A stretch of 64,000 nucleotides of DNA from Granulosicoccus sp. (GTDB lineage Bacteria; Pseudomonadota; Gammaproteobacteria; Granulosicoccales; Granulosicoccaceae): positions 410,021 to 474,020 of the forward strand of contig OZ245050.1 in NCBI GenBank assembly GCA_965224525.1, in the 5' to 3' direction. Both the position numbers and the translations under genes were made by a program. Numbering within the stretch: position 1 is the first letter of the stretch; each line of letters opens with the position of its first letter. The notes beneath the pieces are model-generated. The model ran no database searches. It was not told the DNA's origin and saw only the letters and a list, made by a program, of their open reading frames with translations. Positions 9,566 to 18,363 of this stretch are shown in pieces.

Positions 9566-10090
9566 TCAAAAATCGATCTCCACCGGTTCATTGATCACAA
9601 GCATCCATTTAGTGTCTTTTTCGTGCAGTCCCGTAACTAATTCAGTCAGTGGTTTGGCAGAAGGGTCCAGGAGTTTCATCGACTTGGCCTTTCTGGCAAA
9701 CGGTTCCAGTGCCTTGCCTTGACGTGTGTGACCAGTATGGTCCAGCAGATAACCAAGCCGGCGCACAGCTGTGTTCTCGTAGGCCATGGCCGCTTTCGTC
9801 AGTTTACCTGGATCGGCCTTTGCTCCAATATCCCGGGCAATCTGGGCTACACCATCAATGCCTGCAGCCTTGTGGAAATAACGGGTGCAATCCAGGAGGG
9901 TCAGCTCCACACCGGCCACCTTGGCGAAACCCGCCTCGCTTTTCATTTGCGAAAGCCCATCGGGCAGATTGATTTTGGCAAAGGTCGCCGGAGCCGGGTA
10001 AATGAACTGGAGCCGGTGACGGCCTAAAGTAAATGCCCGCAACTGCTTCGGGACAATTACTTGAAAGACCATAGTCGCCTGATCGGCCAC
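9566..10090 (-). CDS. Possible AbiEi-type (type IV TA antitoxin) C-terminal-domain protein. Orphan, with no adjacent AbiEii NTase.
   Basis: The ...RLGYLLDHTG... C-terminal motif is recalled from the AbiEi family. This identification is uncertain. Confidence 0.3.
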   Translation of the reverse strand: MADQATMVFQVIVPKQLRAFTLGRHRLQFIYPAPATFAKINLPDGLSQMKSEAGFAKVAGVELTLLDCTRYFHKAAGIDGVAQIARDIGAKADPGKLTKAAMAYENTAVRRLGYLLDHTGHTRQGKALEPFARKAKSMKLLDPSAKPLTELVTGLHEKDTKWMLVINEPVEIDF

Positions 10091-10176
10091 CCTGTCCTCT
10101 GGCCGCAGGATCAGATAGAAACCGCGACGGGGGGATACCAGACGCTGCTTGCTGGCTATAGTTTTTATGGGTATTA

Positions 10177-10479
10177 GTGGGTATATATGGGTATGAAGCT
10201 TACTACCTGGCTTTGCGCCAAACGCAGAGAACGATAGACAATCCCCGACCCGATTGGCAACCCTGGATTGTCTATTTTCTGCGCGCTCTTCAACAACAAA
10301 AACGCCGTCTGGAGAAAAAGATCGAGCGAGAGCGCATCACCATAGGCACCTTACCCGAGCTGTCGCTTCTGATTGTCGACGCTGTGAATGAGCGTGGCCG
10401 CATCGCCATGAGCGAGATAGTTTCCCTTACCGGTGCAAACCGCAACACGATCAAAAAGCACCTTGCATCATGCGCCTGA
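10177..10479 (+). pseudogene. C-terminal fragment of a Fic/DOC-family protein (winged-helix tail only)
   Basis: The 100-aa ORF resembles only the C-terminal wHTH region of Fic proteins (...RNTIKKHL...). There is no Fic core motif and no upstream partner. Confidence 0.35.
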
Positions 10480-10489
10480 TAAAAACCGC
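10466..10489. repeat. 24-bp direct repeat copy 1 (catcatgcgcctgataaaaaccgc), flanking the BrnTA cassette
   Basis: Identical apart from one extra A to 11100-11124. It contains ATGCGCCTGATAAAAACCGC, which is the start codon and first codons of the nuclease-helicase gene. Confidence 0.75.
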
Positions 10490-10498
10490 TTCGAAATT

Positions 10499-10732
10499 TC
10501 AGGGTTCTACATCCTGGCAGTCGGGATTGGCGTTCTTTTCCTGGTCATTTATCAGATTTCTCAGTGCTTCGTTAACCGATTCTTCCGTTGGGAAGGCGGC
10601 GGCAACATCCGGACTCAGTAAAACCAGGTTTTTGCTTTTCTGGTAAGCCGCGTAGTGTTTGCCACGAACACCATTGCTCAAATTTTTGTCGGAATAGTCT
10701 GGCCTCATATCATCGATGTCATTTGTCTTCAT
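10499..10732 (-). CDS. brnA: BrnA-type antitoxin
   Basis: A 77-aa protein immediately downstream of, and overlapping, brnT. The BrnTA gene order is toxin first. C-terminal RHH-like region. Confidence 0.7.
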   Translation of the reverse strand: MKTNDIDDMRPDYSDKNLSNGVRGKHYAAYQKSKNLVLLSPDVAAAFPTEESVNEALRNLINDQEKNANPDCQDVEP

Positions 10733-10991
10733 AAATATTTCTCTCGTGCTTGTTCATGTCTCTGGCGCTGATAATTCGAACTTCATTCTCGGAATCGGTA
10801 TGCGAGACTACTAAAAACCTTTGAAATCTCGAACAACCAAAAGTCAAATACCTGTACTCCAACCGAGAATGGTCCGGATCTGAAAATGTTACTGCCAGCG
10901 GATCATTAAAAACCGTAGTAGCTTCGTGGAATGTGACGCCGTGTTTCTTTTCGTTCGCGACGCCTTTATATTTGTCCCATGTAAACTCCAT
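10719..10991 (-). CDS. brnT: BrnT toxin (DUF497 RelE-fold ribonuclease)
   Basis: MEFTWDKYKGVANEKKHGVTFHEATTVFNDPLAV... matches the conserved BrnT N-terminus. Length 90 aa. Confidence 0.8.
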   Translation of the reverse strand: MEFTWDKYKGVANEKKHGVTFHEATTVFNDPLAVTFSDPDHSRLEYRYLTFGCSRFQRFLVVSHTDSENEVRIISARDMNKHERNIYEDK

Positions 10992-11099
10992 CCGAACATT
11001 CTAACAGTGGTGTCAAAAATCAACAAATCATGAATATTTCTGCGATATATCAAGCTTATGCATCTGAAAACGCCGTAGTTCGGTAGCCAATGGTCTTCA

Positions 11100-11124
11100 C
11101 ATCATGCGCCTGATAAAAAACCGC
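11100..11124. repeat. 25-bp direct repeat copy 2 (catcatgcgcctgataaaaaaccgc)
   Basis: Second copy of the repeat at 10466-10489. It overlaps the start codon of the 11104 gene. Confidence 0.75.
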
Positions 11125-11631
11125 CCGCACTACTCGCCAACCGATCTGGTTCGCTACCTTGGTAGCCCCTATGCCTCCTGGTATGACCGCTATGCCTTGC
11201 ACAAACCGGAACACGTGCAGTGCAAGGACCCGGAAGATGCCATGTCGAAGACGCTTGCGCATCGCGGTTATGCTCATGAGGAAGGGGTCACCGAGGCGCT
11301 AAAGGCAGATGGCATGACAGTTGCCAAACCCGAGAGTAAAAACAAGGAGCAACAACTGGCCGAAACCATCGCCTTGATGCATAGCGGTGTGGATGTGATC
11401 GAACAGGCGGTATTGAGCCTCGATAACATTACCGGTTATGCGGATTTTCTGGTGAAGGTGCCAGGGGCCAGTGATCTGGGTGACTGGCACTATGAGGTCT
11501 GGGATGCCAAGCTGGCGCGCAGTGTCAAACCATCGTTCGTGATTCAGCTGTGTTGTTATACCGAGATGGTGGTTGCCATTCAGGGGCGGCAACCTGAGTC
11601 GGTGCGTAGCGCTTGGCTCGAACGAGACTGA
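11104..11631 (+). CDS. N-terminal part of a RecB-like PD-(D/E)xK nuclease (TM0106-family type). It reads into the next ORF through a frameshift.
   Basis: GYADFLVKV...YEVWDAKLARSVKPSFVIQLCCY is the RecB-family nuclease motif III (D-x-K). The frame ends at TGA 11629-11631 while the homologous protein continues in the overlapping frame. Confidence 0.7.
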   Translation: MRLIKNRPHYSPTDLVRYLGSPYASWYDRYALHKPEHVQCKDPEDAMSKTLAHRGYAHEEGVTEALKADGMTVAKPESKNKEQQLAETIALMHSGVDVIEQAVLSLDNITGYADFLVKVPGASDLGDWHYEVWDAKLARSVKPSFVIQLCCYTEMVVAIQGRQPESVRSAWLERD

Positions 11632-14569
11632 GACAGTTCAGCTCAACACTTGCTACGCCTTCTACCTGCGGCTCAAGCAGCAGTTTATGCAGGCGCAACA
11701 GGCATGGTCGCCAGAGACACCGCCCGATCCTGCGTATTACAAGTATCACGGGCACTGGTCGAAGCAGGCCAGGTCGGAGCTGGCAGAGCGCGATCATCTG
11801 TGCTTTACAGCAACCATCACGCGGACCCAGATCAAGCACTTTCATGCGGCGGGTATTGACACCCTGCAACAGCTGAGTGAAACGGCTCTTGAGCATGTAC
11901 CAGGTGTATCCCCGGTGCTTCTCGATCGGCTGAAAGTGCAGGCTCGGTTGCAGCGCAGCAGTATCGGCAAGGCGCGCCCCGACTATCAACTGGTCGATCA
12001 TGACAAGGAACCGGCGACCGGCCTGCAGCTACTGCCACCGCACTCGGCTCAGGATGTGTTTTTCGATATGGAAGGCTTTCCGTTGATTGAGGACGGGCTG
12101 GAATACCTGTGGGGTTGTACGTATTTCACTGATAACGGTGAACGAACGTTTCTGGATTTCTGGGCGCACGATGCGGTCGCTGAAAAACGTGCCTTTGAGA
12201 ATATCATCGATTGGGTCTATGCCCGTTGGAAGGCTGACTCATCAATGCATATCTACCACTATGCAAGCTATGAAGTGTCAGCCTGTCGCCGTTTGATGGG
12301 CCGCTTTGGCACACGCGAGTATGAGCTTGACCAGTTGTTGCGTAACGAGGTGTTTGTTGATCTCTATCGTGTTGTGCGTCAAGGGCTGATCGTTGGGGAG
12401 CCGCGTTATTCGATCAAGAATATCGAGCTGCTCTACCGTGGCAAGCGTGAGACGGAAGTTAGTGGTGGCGGTGAATCCATCGTTGTGTATGAGAACTGGC
12501 GTGAAGCGTTTGCCGCAGGTGAGGAGGGTGGTTGCTGGCAAAGCTCCGAAACGCTAAAGCAGATTCGTGACTACAACATCGACGATTGCAACTCTACTCA
12601 GGAGCTGGTGGACTGGTTACGCGCCCGGCAGCTCGAAGCAAATATCCCCTATGTCGGCGGTGCTGCTGAGGTGATTGTGGCGGAACCGAAGGAAGAGCAG
12701 CTGGCCGTACAGATATTGCGTGATCGTTTAATGAAGAAATCCGACGCGTTGCTTGAAACTGATCCTGACGAGGCAGCGCTATGGCAAACACTGGGTGGTG
12801 TACTGGAATTTCACTGGCGCGAGGCCAAGCCCGGATTCTGGCGTTTGTTTGATCGCCTGGGTGCAGACCCCGCCGAGCTGGCAGATGATTCCGATTGTCT
12901 TGCGGATTGCGTACGCACAGAAGCTCCGCCTTTCAAGGACAAGCCATCCGCTCGTAATCTCACCTATGAATACCGCTTTGACGCGGGTCAGGAATTCCGT
13001 GGAGCTGGCAAGACATTTCAAATCGCCGGTTATGAAACAGAAGACGGCAAGAGCTTGAAAGTGGATCTGATAGCGGATAGCAGTGATCTGGAGAATGGTC
13101 TGGTCGCGCTGAAATGCCGGCAAGAACCGCCGGATTTTCTGTCATTGGTGTTGTCAGATTTCATTAACCCGGCGCCCATTCCAAAGGCTATCGCCGCGGT
13201 TGTGACTGACATTGAAGCAGGTAGTGGGAGTCACGGCGCGGTACTGTCATTGCTGCGACGCGATAAGCCGACATTTGATGAATCATTCATGCGGCAACTG
13301 GCACAACGCAGCGATGCGATTGCGCCCAGTAAATGCCCGACAGAAAAACTCCGGCAGATCACTGATGCGGTTAACTCATTGCAACAGAGTTGCCTCGTGA
13401 TTCAGGGGCCACCGGGCACTGGAAAAACCTATACAGCAAGTTGTGTTATCGGGAAGTTGTTGAAAGATGGCCATAAAGTGGGTGTGGCGAGCAACAGCCA
13501 TGCGGCGATAAACAACTTGTTACTGGCTACAGCGGGCTACTGTTCGGAAGTCAGTGTGGACGCTGCCATTACCTGTACCAAATATACCGAGGAGGGGATG
13601 GAGGAGGCCGGTGTGATGCAATGTGCCAATGCAGTGTTGGCAAATAATGTGCAACCCGGCAGTCTGGTAGGCACAACGGCCTGGGGTTTTTCTCGAGACG
13701 ACATGGCAAACACGCTGGACTACCTGTTTGTTGACGAAGCCGGGCAAGTGGCATTGGCGAACGTCATCGGTATGAGCCGTGCTGCTGATAACCTGGTTTT
13801 ACTGGGTGATCAAATGCAGTTGGGACAACCGACACAGGGAACCCATCCGGGCAAAAGCGGATCATCGGTGCTGGAATATATGATGGGTGAGCAAGCGACA
13901 ATAGCGGAAGACGAAGGGGTCTTTCTTGGTGCCGGCTTTCGCATGCACTCTGCCGTTAACCAATTTATCAGCAAGCAATTTTACGATGGTCGTTTGCAGT
14001 CACGCCCCGATAATGACGAACGGCGATTACTGTTGGATGCTGCACTCCATTCGGAGCTGTCAGATACCGGTGCGGGTGTGTTCTTTATACCGGTGACACA
14101 TGACGGCAATACGCAAAGTTCTGTAGAGGAGGCGCAACTTATCGCAGAACTGGTTAGCGGTTTGTTACGTGGTGAGCTGCGGGTTAAAGATGGATGCCCG
14201 CGCCCGCTGGTTATGGATGACATATTATTTGTCGCTCCCTACAACCAGCAGGTCAGAGTACTCAAAGACACACTGGGGCCGGACGCCAGAGTTGGCAGTG
14301 TAGACAAGTTTCAGGGTCAGGAAGCAGCGGTTGTGTTTTTAAGCCTGTGTGCCAGTGATGCCAGCGAGTCACCGCGCGGCCTTGGCTTTCTGCTCGACCG
14401 TCACCGAATCAATGTCGCTGTATCACGCGCACAATCAATGGTGATTATTGTCGGGCATCCGGAACTGGTCAGCGGGCCGGTTGATACGATGGCAGCGCTA
14501 GCGCAGGCGAATTTGTTTGCAGCGTTGGTGGAACAATCGTACCGACAGGGTGAAATTTCCATCGTATGA
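11573..14569 (+). CDS. Continuation of the same gene: rest of the TM0106-type nuclease region followed by an Upf1-like SF1 helicase (AAA_11/AAA_12). The intact protein would be about 1150 aa.
   Basis: Helicase motifs LVIQGPPGTGKTYT, YLFVDEAGQ, VDKFQGQEAAVV and INVAVSRAQ were read directly. The nuclease domain's motif III (ORF1) and the remainder of the nuclease region (ORF2) lie in different frames that overlap at 11573-11631. Confidence 0.75.
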   Translation: MPFRGGNLSRCVALGSNETETVQLNTCYAFYLRLKQQFMQAQQAWSPETPPDPAYYKYHGHWSKQARSELAERDHLCFTATITRTQIKHFHAAGIDTLQQLSETALEHVPGVSPVLLDRLKVQARLQRSSIGKARPDYQLVDHDKEPATGLQLLPPHSAQDVFFDMEGFPLIEDGLEYLWGCTYFTDNGERTFLDFWAHDAVAEKRAFENIIDWVYARWKADSSMHIYHYASYEVSACRRLMGRFGTREYELDQLLRNEVFVDLYRVVRQGLIVGEPRYSIKNIELLYRGKRETEVSGGGESIVVYENWREAFAAGEEGGCWQSSETLKQIRDYNIDDCNSTQELVDWLRARQLEANIPYVGGAAEVIVAEPKEEQLAVQILRDRLMKKSDALLETDPDEAALWQTLGGVLEFHWREAKPGFWRLFDRLGADPAELADDSDCLADCVRTEAPPFKDKPSARNLTYEYRFDAGQEFRGAGKTFQIAGYETEDGKSLKVDLIADSSDLENGLVALKCRQEPPDFLSLVLSDFINPAPIPKAIAAVVTDIEAGSGSHGAVLSLLRRDKPTFDESFMRQLAQRSDAIAPSKCPTEKLRQITDAVNSLQQSCLVIQGPPGTGKTYTASCVIGKLLKDGHKVGVASNSHAAINNLLLATAGYCSEVSVDAAITCTKYTEEGMEEAGVMQCANAVLANNVQPGSLVGTTAWGFSRDDMANTLDYLFVDEAGQVALANVIGMSRAADNLVLLGDQMQLGQPTQGTHPGKSGSSVLEYMMGEQATIAEDEGVFLGAGFRMHSAVNQFISKQFYDGRLQSRPDNDERRLLLDAALHSELSDTGAGVFFIPVTHDGNTQSSVEEAQLIAELVSGLLRGELRVKDGCPRPLVMDDILFVAPYNQQVRVLKDTLGPDARVGSVDKFQGQEAAVVFLSLCASDASESPRGLGFLLDRHRINVAVSRAQSMVIIVGHPELVSGPVDTMAALAQANLFAALVEQSYRQGEISIV

Positions 14570-14682
14570 CGCAAGATAGAAATCACGCCAGATTAGTCCA
14601 ATGTTATGATTGCCTGTATCAGGCAACTCCTTTACAGATACTTTCTCGTTGACGAAGCAGTATTGCCGGAACTGGATCCTGG

Positions 14683-15231
14683 ATGGATAACGAACAGATC
14701 AGTGTTCTGCTCAAAGTAACGCGAGTGCTGGATGAGTGCGGTATCGCTTACATGGTCAGTGGATCGACCGCCCTGAATTTCTACGCTAGACCTCGCATGA
14801 CACGGGATATCGACCTGGTGATCGAATTGCGAGAGACCGGTGTGTTGGCTCTGGTGGGGGCTCTGGTGGGTGAATTCTATGTTGACGAAGACTCGGTGGC
14901 TGGAGCTGTTAGCAACCAGTCTATGTTCAACGCCATTCACAACGACACGCTGGTCAAGGTTGATTTCATCGTCCGTAAGGATGAGCCCTACCGGAAAACC
15001 GAATTCGAACGCCGGCGATCAGTAATGCTGGGTACGGCGCAGATCATGGCGGTAGCACCTGAAGATCTGATACTGTCAAAACTGCTGTGGAGCGCAGACA
15101 CACTTTCGACAATGCAGACCGACGATATTCGCAACCTGTTGAGCTCGGCCGAATTGGATCAACGCTATCTCGATCACTGGGCGCAGGCATTGGGCGTATC
15201 AGAACGTCTCCTGGAAATTCACCAAACATGA
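14683..15231 (+). CDS. Minimal nucleotidyltransferase (MNT/pol-beta fold) protein
   Basis: SGSTALNFYARPRMTRDIDLVIE fits the hG[GS]x9-13Dh[DE]h NTase signature. Length 182 aa. Confidence 0.6.
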   Translation: MDNEQISVLLKVTRVLDECGIAYMVSGSTALNFYARPRMTRDIDLVIELRETGVLALVGALVGEFYVDEDSVAGAVSNQSMFNAIHNDTLVKVDFIVRKDEPYRKTEFERRRSVMLGTAQIMAVAPEDLILSKLLWSADTLSTMQTDDIRNLLSSAELDQRYLDHWAQALGVSERLLEIHQT

Positions 15232-15485
15232 ACGACACGCACCCGGATATCGAAGCTCAATGGCACACTCGATTGATGGCTCGCTCCGGTGCCGAGCGCT
15301 TGATAATGGGTGCCGGAATGTTCAGCACCAGTCTGATTTTGATGCGTGCCGGAATAACGGCCACCTACGGGGACTTAAGTGAAGTCGACATGCGCGAAAA
15401 GTTACTGCATCGTCTTTACGGGGATGAGATTTCACCAGAGGCACGGCAGCAAATTGCAGCGCACTGCAGCCCCTCGCGTTCTTAA
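15228..15485 (+). CDS. Small 85-aa protein translationally coupled (ATGA overlap) to the NTase. It carries an Rx4H motif (REKLLHRLY) and is a possible HEPN-like partner.
   Basis: The ATG at 15228 overlaps the NTase stop at 15229-15231. The MntA-HepT-like gene order and coupling support the pairing. The protein is short for a HEPN domain. Confidence 0.35.
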   Translation: MNDTHPDIEAQWHTRLMARSGAERLIMGAGMFSTSLILMRAGITATYGDLSEVDMREKLLHRLYGDEISPEARQQIAAHCSPSRS

Positions 15486-15499
15486 GCAGGCAGTTGAAT

Positions 15500-15600
15500 T
15501 TCGGGCGAGTCTGGATCGGCTCAACCCGGGTCAAAGCGGTGCATCGGTGCTGGATTATCTGATGGGTGAGCATGCAACGATTGCCCAGGACAAAAGACAG
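15500..15600 (+). pseudogene. Decayed fragment homologous to the SF1-helicase gene (compare 13841-13920)
   Basis: NPGQSGASVLDYLMGEHATIAQD matches HPGKSGSSVLEYMMGEQATIAED of the 11573 gene at both amino-acid and nucleotide level (about 80% nt identity over about 65 nt). The flanking frame is broken. Confidence 0.5.
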
Positions 15601-15805
15601 CGTTGGTGGAGTAGCTGTATTGCCAGCTTATTCCAGACCATAAGCACGAATGCCGGAGCCTGTACAGCAGACAGTTTGTTCATCAGACTGCTGCCTGGTA
15701 CCCTGTCGTCCGTCACCACGACAAGCCACACAGCAATCACATCCATTCCCCGTGACAGACTGGACGCCACATGAAGTGCATGAAACAGTCTCTGCCTACT
15801 TGCAG

Positions 15806-16585
15806 ATGCTGACGCTTGAATTGTCCGGGCAGAGCTACAACAAAGCCGCAATAAATCGAGAGCTGATCGAAAAGCTGGATGATCGATCGAAAGCTGCTAT
15901 TGAGTTCAAACACGGCAATATCAGCGCGGCTTTGGTAGAGCTCGGCTTCCCGGTCGTTCAGGGGTATAAGCCCAGACGAAACTTTCAGCGGCGCGCACTT
16001 TTCGAGAGCCTTATCAAACAGATTAGTGAACGACACCTGCTTGATGACGCTGCTGTCAAGGCAGTAGAGCTACCGGCGACTGCTCCGGTTATTTCTGAAT
16101 TTGACAAGGTCATAACCCCTGCTCCTCGCCCGGAAGCATCAAACACAGGTGACTACAAACCGCCGTATTTGGCAAAGCGTGATTACATGGCGATAGAGGC
16201 GAGAAATCGCAGTCTTGGCCTTGCAGGTGAAAAGTTTATATTGGCCTATGAAATCTGGCGACTGAGACAACACGGTGTAAACAAGCTGGCTGACAAGGTT
16301 GAACACATTTCCGTGACACGCGGTGATGGTGCGGGTTATGACATTCTATCGTTCGAGGATAGCGGCAGGCCGCGCTACATTGAAGTAAAGACCACAGCGT
16401 ATTCAGAAAGAACGCCGTTCTGGATCAGTGCGAATGAATTGCGATTTGCCGATAACAACGATGTCGAATTTCGATTGGCGCGTGTTTTCGACTTCAGGAA
16501 ATCGCCGAAGTTTTTCACTCTGGCCGGGCCCGTAGGGCGTCACTGCGAGTTGGACCCGACAACCTTTCGAGCGTCGATACGGTAG
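15806..16585 (+). CDS. DUF3883-domain protein (predicted restriction-endonuclease-like fold). The start is uncertain; the open frame begins at 15650.
   Basis: The C-terminal ...GDGAGYDILSFEDSGRPRYIEVKTT...FWISANELRFADNNDVEFRLARVFDF region is characteristic of DUF3883. Confidence 0.55.
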   Translation: MLTLELSGQSYNKAAINRELIEKLDDRSKAAIEFKHGNISAALVELGFPVVQGYKPRRNFQRRALFESLIKQISERHLLDDAAVKAVELPATAPVISEFDKVITPAPRPEASNTGDYKPPYLAKRDYMAIEARNRSLGLAGEKFILAYEIWRLRQHGVNKLADKVEHISVTRGDGAGYDILSFEDSGRPRYIEVKTTAYSERTPFWISANELRFADNNDVEFRLARVFDFRKSPKFFTLAGPVGRHCELDPTTFRASIR

Positions 16586-16610
16586 GAATGGCAGTTCTTC
16601 GATCAATATC

Positions 16611-16646
16611 TGCTGCGTACGCATCATTATGCTATGATGCGCTGCA
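16611..16646. promoter_or_regulatory. Palindromes (tgcgtacgca; gcatcat-tatgct-atgatgc) at the start of the second Xre-like antitoxin gene. Putative operator.
   Basis: Both palindromes were read directly. They overlap the antitoxin start codon at 16634. Confidence 0.4.
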
Positions 16647-17023
16647 TAAGCAGCATACAGGTCCCGTCGATGAACCAACCCCACCCAAAACCCGATGTAC
16701 ACGCCGTTCTGGCTGAAGCTACCCTCGCAGCGGCTGAATCTCTGGGCATGAGCCAGGCAGAACTCGGCAAGGTCATTGGCCGCGACCGCTCGCGCATCAG
16801 GCAAGGCATTCGTACCGATAGCAAATCTGGCGAACTGGCACTGTTGCTGATCCGCTGTTATCGCGGATTGTATGCGCTAGTGGATGGTGATGCTGACATT
16901 ATGCGTCACTGGATGGCGACCAATAATCGTGGCACCGGGGGTATTCCTGCCGAACAGATTCAGAGTGTTCAGGGTTTGACATCAGTGCTTGGTTATCTGG
17001 ATGCCATTCGTGGAAAAGTCTGA
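16634..17023 (+). CDS. Xre-like (DUF2384-type) antitoxin, paralogue of 2453-2824
   Basis: The same HTH plus C-terminal ...GGIPAEQIQSVQGLTSVL... motif as the first copy. It lies upstream of a RES gene. Confidence 0.75.
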   Translation: MMRCISSIQVPSMNQPHPKPDVHAVLAEATLAAAESLGMSQAELGKVIGRDRSRIRQGIRTDSKSGELALLLIRCYRGLYALVDGDADIMRHWMATNNRGTGGIPAEQIQSVQGLTSVLGYLDAIRGKV

Positions 17024-17774
17024 CAGTGCGATCTGGCAAGCTATAGAAAAGAAAGTCTCACCAGGCCTGATTGGTGGAACTCTACATCGGCTGGTAGAAA
17101 GTCAGGAGCAGGTTGCAACCGCCCGCCTGGTCGATGGCGATCTCGACAAACAGGCATTGCTTGAGGAACTGCTGGAGCCTTCCAAGCCACCGCGTGTTAA
17201 AGGCACAGAGCATCTCGATTATTTGCTAGCAACTCCGTGGCGTTATCCACCATTAAAGTATGGTTCACGGTTTGGTCAACGTTATGAAACCAGCCTGTTT
17301 TATGGTGGGTTGAGCGAGCAAACAACGCTGGCTGAAGGTGGCTTCTACCGATGGGTGTTCCTGTTGGATATGGACGAGTCGCCGAGCAAATTGCGTTCGC
17401 AGCATACAATGTATAACGCTCAATACCGAACTGAAAAAGGCTTGCGACTCAACAGCCCGCCGTTTGTTGAATTTGACTCAGAGTTGACTCACAAGTCACG
17501 CTATCAGGACAGTCAGGCACTGGGTTCTGCAATGCGAACTGCTGGCATAGAGGCTTTTGAATATGCGTCAGCCAGAGATCCCGCAGGTGGTAGTAATGTA
17601 GCCCTGATAGAACCAGTGGCCTTGATATCAACCAGTGCGAAAAAACAGAGAGCCTGGTTATGTACAACCAGCCAGCAAGAGGTTCTATTCAGTTATCGCG
17701 GGTCGCCTTCAGTCGTTAAACGTTTTCATATTGATGATTTCATGCTTGACGGGCGGCTACCGCGGCCAGCGTAG
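17001..17774 (+). CDS. RES-domain toxin, paralogue of 1707-2456 (the start probably lies within the overlap with the antitoxin)
   Basis: ...WRYPPLKYGSRFG...FYGG... is collinear with the first RES protein. The ORF track start is TTG at 16989; ATG at 17001 or GTG at 17010 are more plausible. Confidence 0.8.
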   Translation: MPFVEKSDSAIWQAIEKKVSPGLIGGTLHRLVESQEQVATARLVDGDLDKQALLEELLEPSKPPRVKGTEHLDYLLATPWRYPPLKYGSRFGQRYETSLFYGGLSEQTTLAEGGFYRWVFLLDMDESPSKLRSQHTMYNAQYRTEKGLRLNSPPFVEFDSELTHKSRYQDSQALGSAMRTAGIEAFEYASARDPAGGSNVALIEPVALISTSAKKQRAWLCTTSQQEVLFSYRGSPSVVKRFHIDDFMLDGRLPRPA

Positions 17775-17950
17775 TGTTTGGTCGGGGGGAGGATAATGAA
17801 CTGATATCGGTTCTCGAGTTCTGCCAGTGTGAACGGCGGTTTCTCAGGAATATAACTATAGATCGCCTCTGCCTGGAACAAATCGAAAAGCTCCGCAGCA
17901 TGCGTGACCTTCAACGTTTCCAGATTCACGTTGTTAACTGACATATTCAA
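17726..17950 (-). pseudogene. N-terminal fragment (74 aa) of a GNAT-family N-acetyltransferase
   Basis: The sequence resembles the N-terminus of RimJ/RimL-like GNATs and then stops abruptly. Confidence 0.3.
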
Positions 17951-18117
17951 TTACCCCGATACCTTCAAGTACCCTTTCACAACCAGACTCGGCAGCTCGT
18001 CGAATTCCAGGCCATTTCTGGATCCCGTGTGCATCGAAAGACGGCTCACATAAGATATTTTGATATGTGCTGTCACGTGATATATACTATGATATATATT
18101 ATGGAGTGAGAAGTTCA

Positions 18118-18363
18118 ATGCCCAGCACTGCAAAACTCTTTATGAACGGACGAAGCCAGGCTGTCCGCTTGCCTCGGGATTTTCGGTTTGACTGCGAAGA
18201 AGTGTATATCCGCAAGGATCCGGTGACCGGCGATGTCATCATTTCAAAAAAACCGCACACATGGGATTCATTCTTCAAATTGCTGGATGAGGCCGATGTG
18301 CCAGACGACTTCCTTCTTGATCGAGACAATTCGCCACCACAGGACAGAGACCCGTTGTCATGA
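18118..18363 (+). CDS. vapB: VapB antitoxin (AbrB/SpoVT/MazE-type swapped-hairpin)
   Basis: MPSTAKLFMNGRSQAVRLPRDFRF... GGAG lies 11 nt upstream of the ATG. The stop overlaps the vapC start (ATGA). Confidence 0.7.
   Translation: MPSTAKLFMNGRSQAVRLPRDFRFDCEEVYIRKDPVTGDVIISKKPHTWDSFFKLLDEADVPDDFLLDRDNSPPQDRDPLS

Noticed and set aside
9321-9569. 82-aa ORF downstream of the AbiEi-like gene as a candidate AbiEii toxin
   Set aside because: It is far too short for an NTase toxin and has no hG[GS]...D.D motif.
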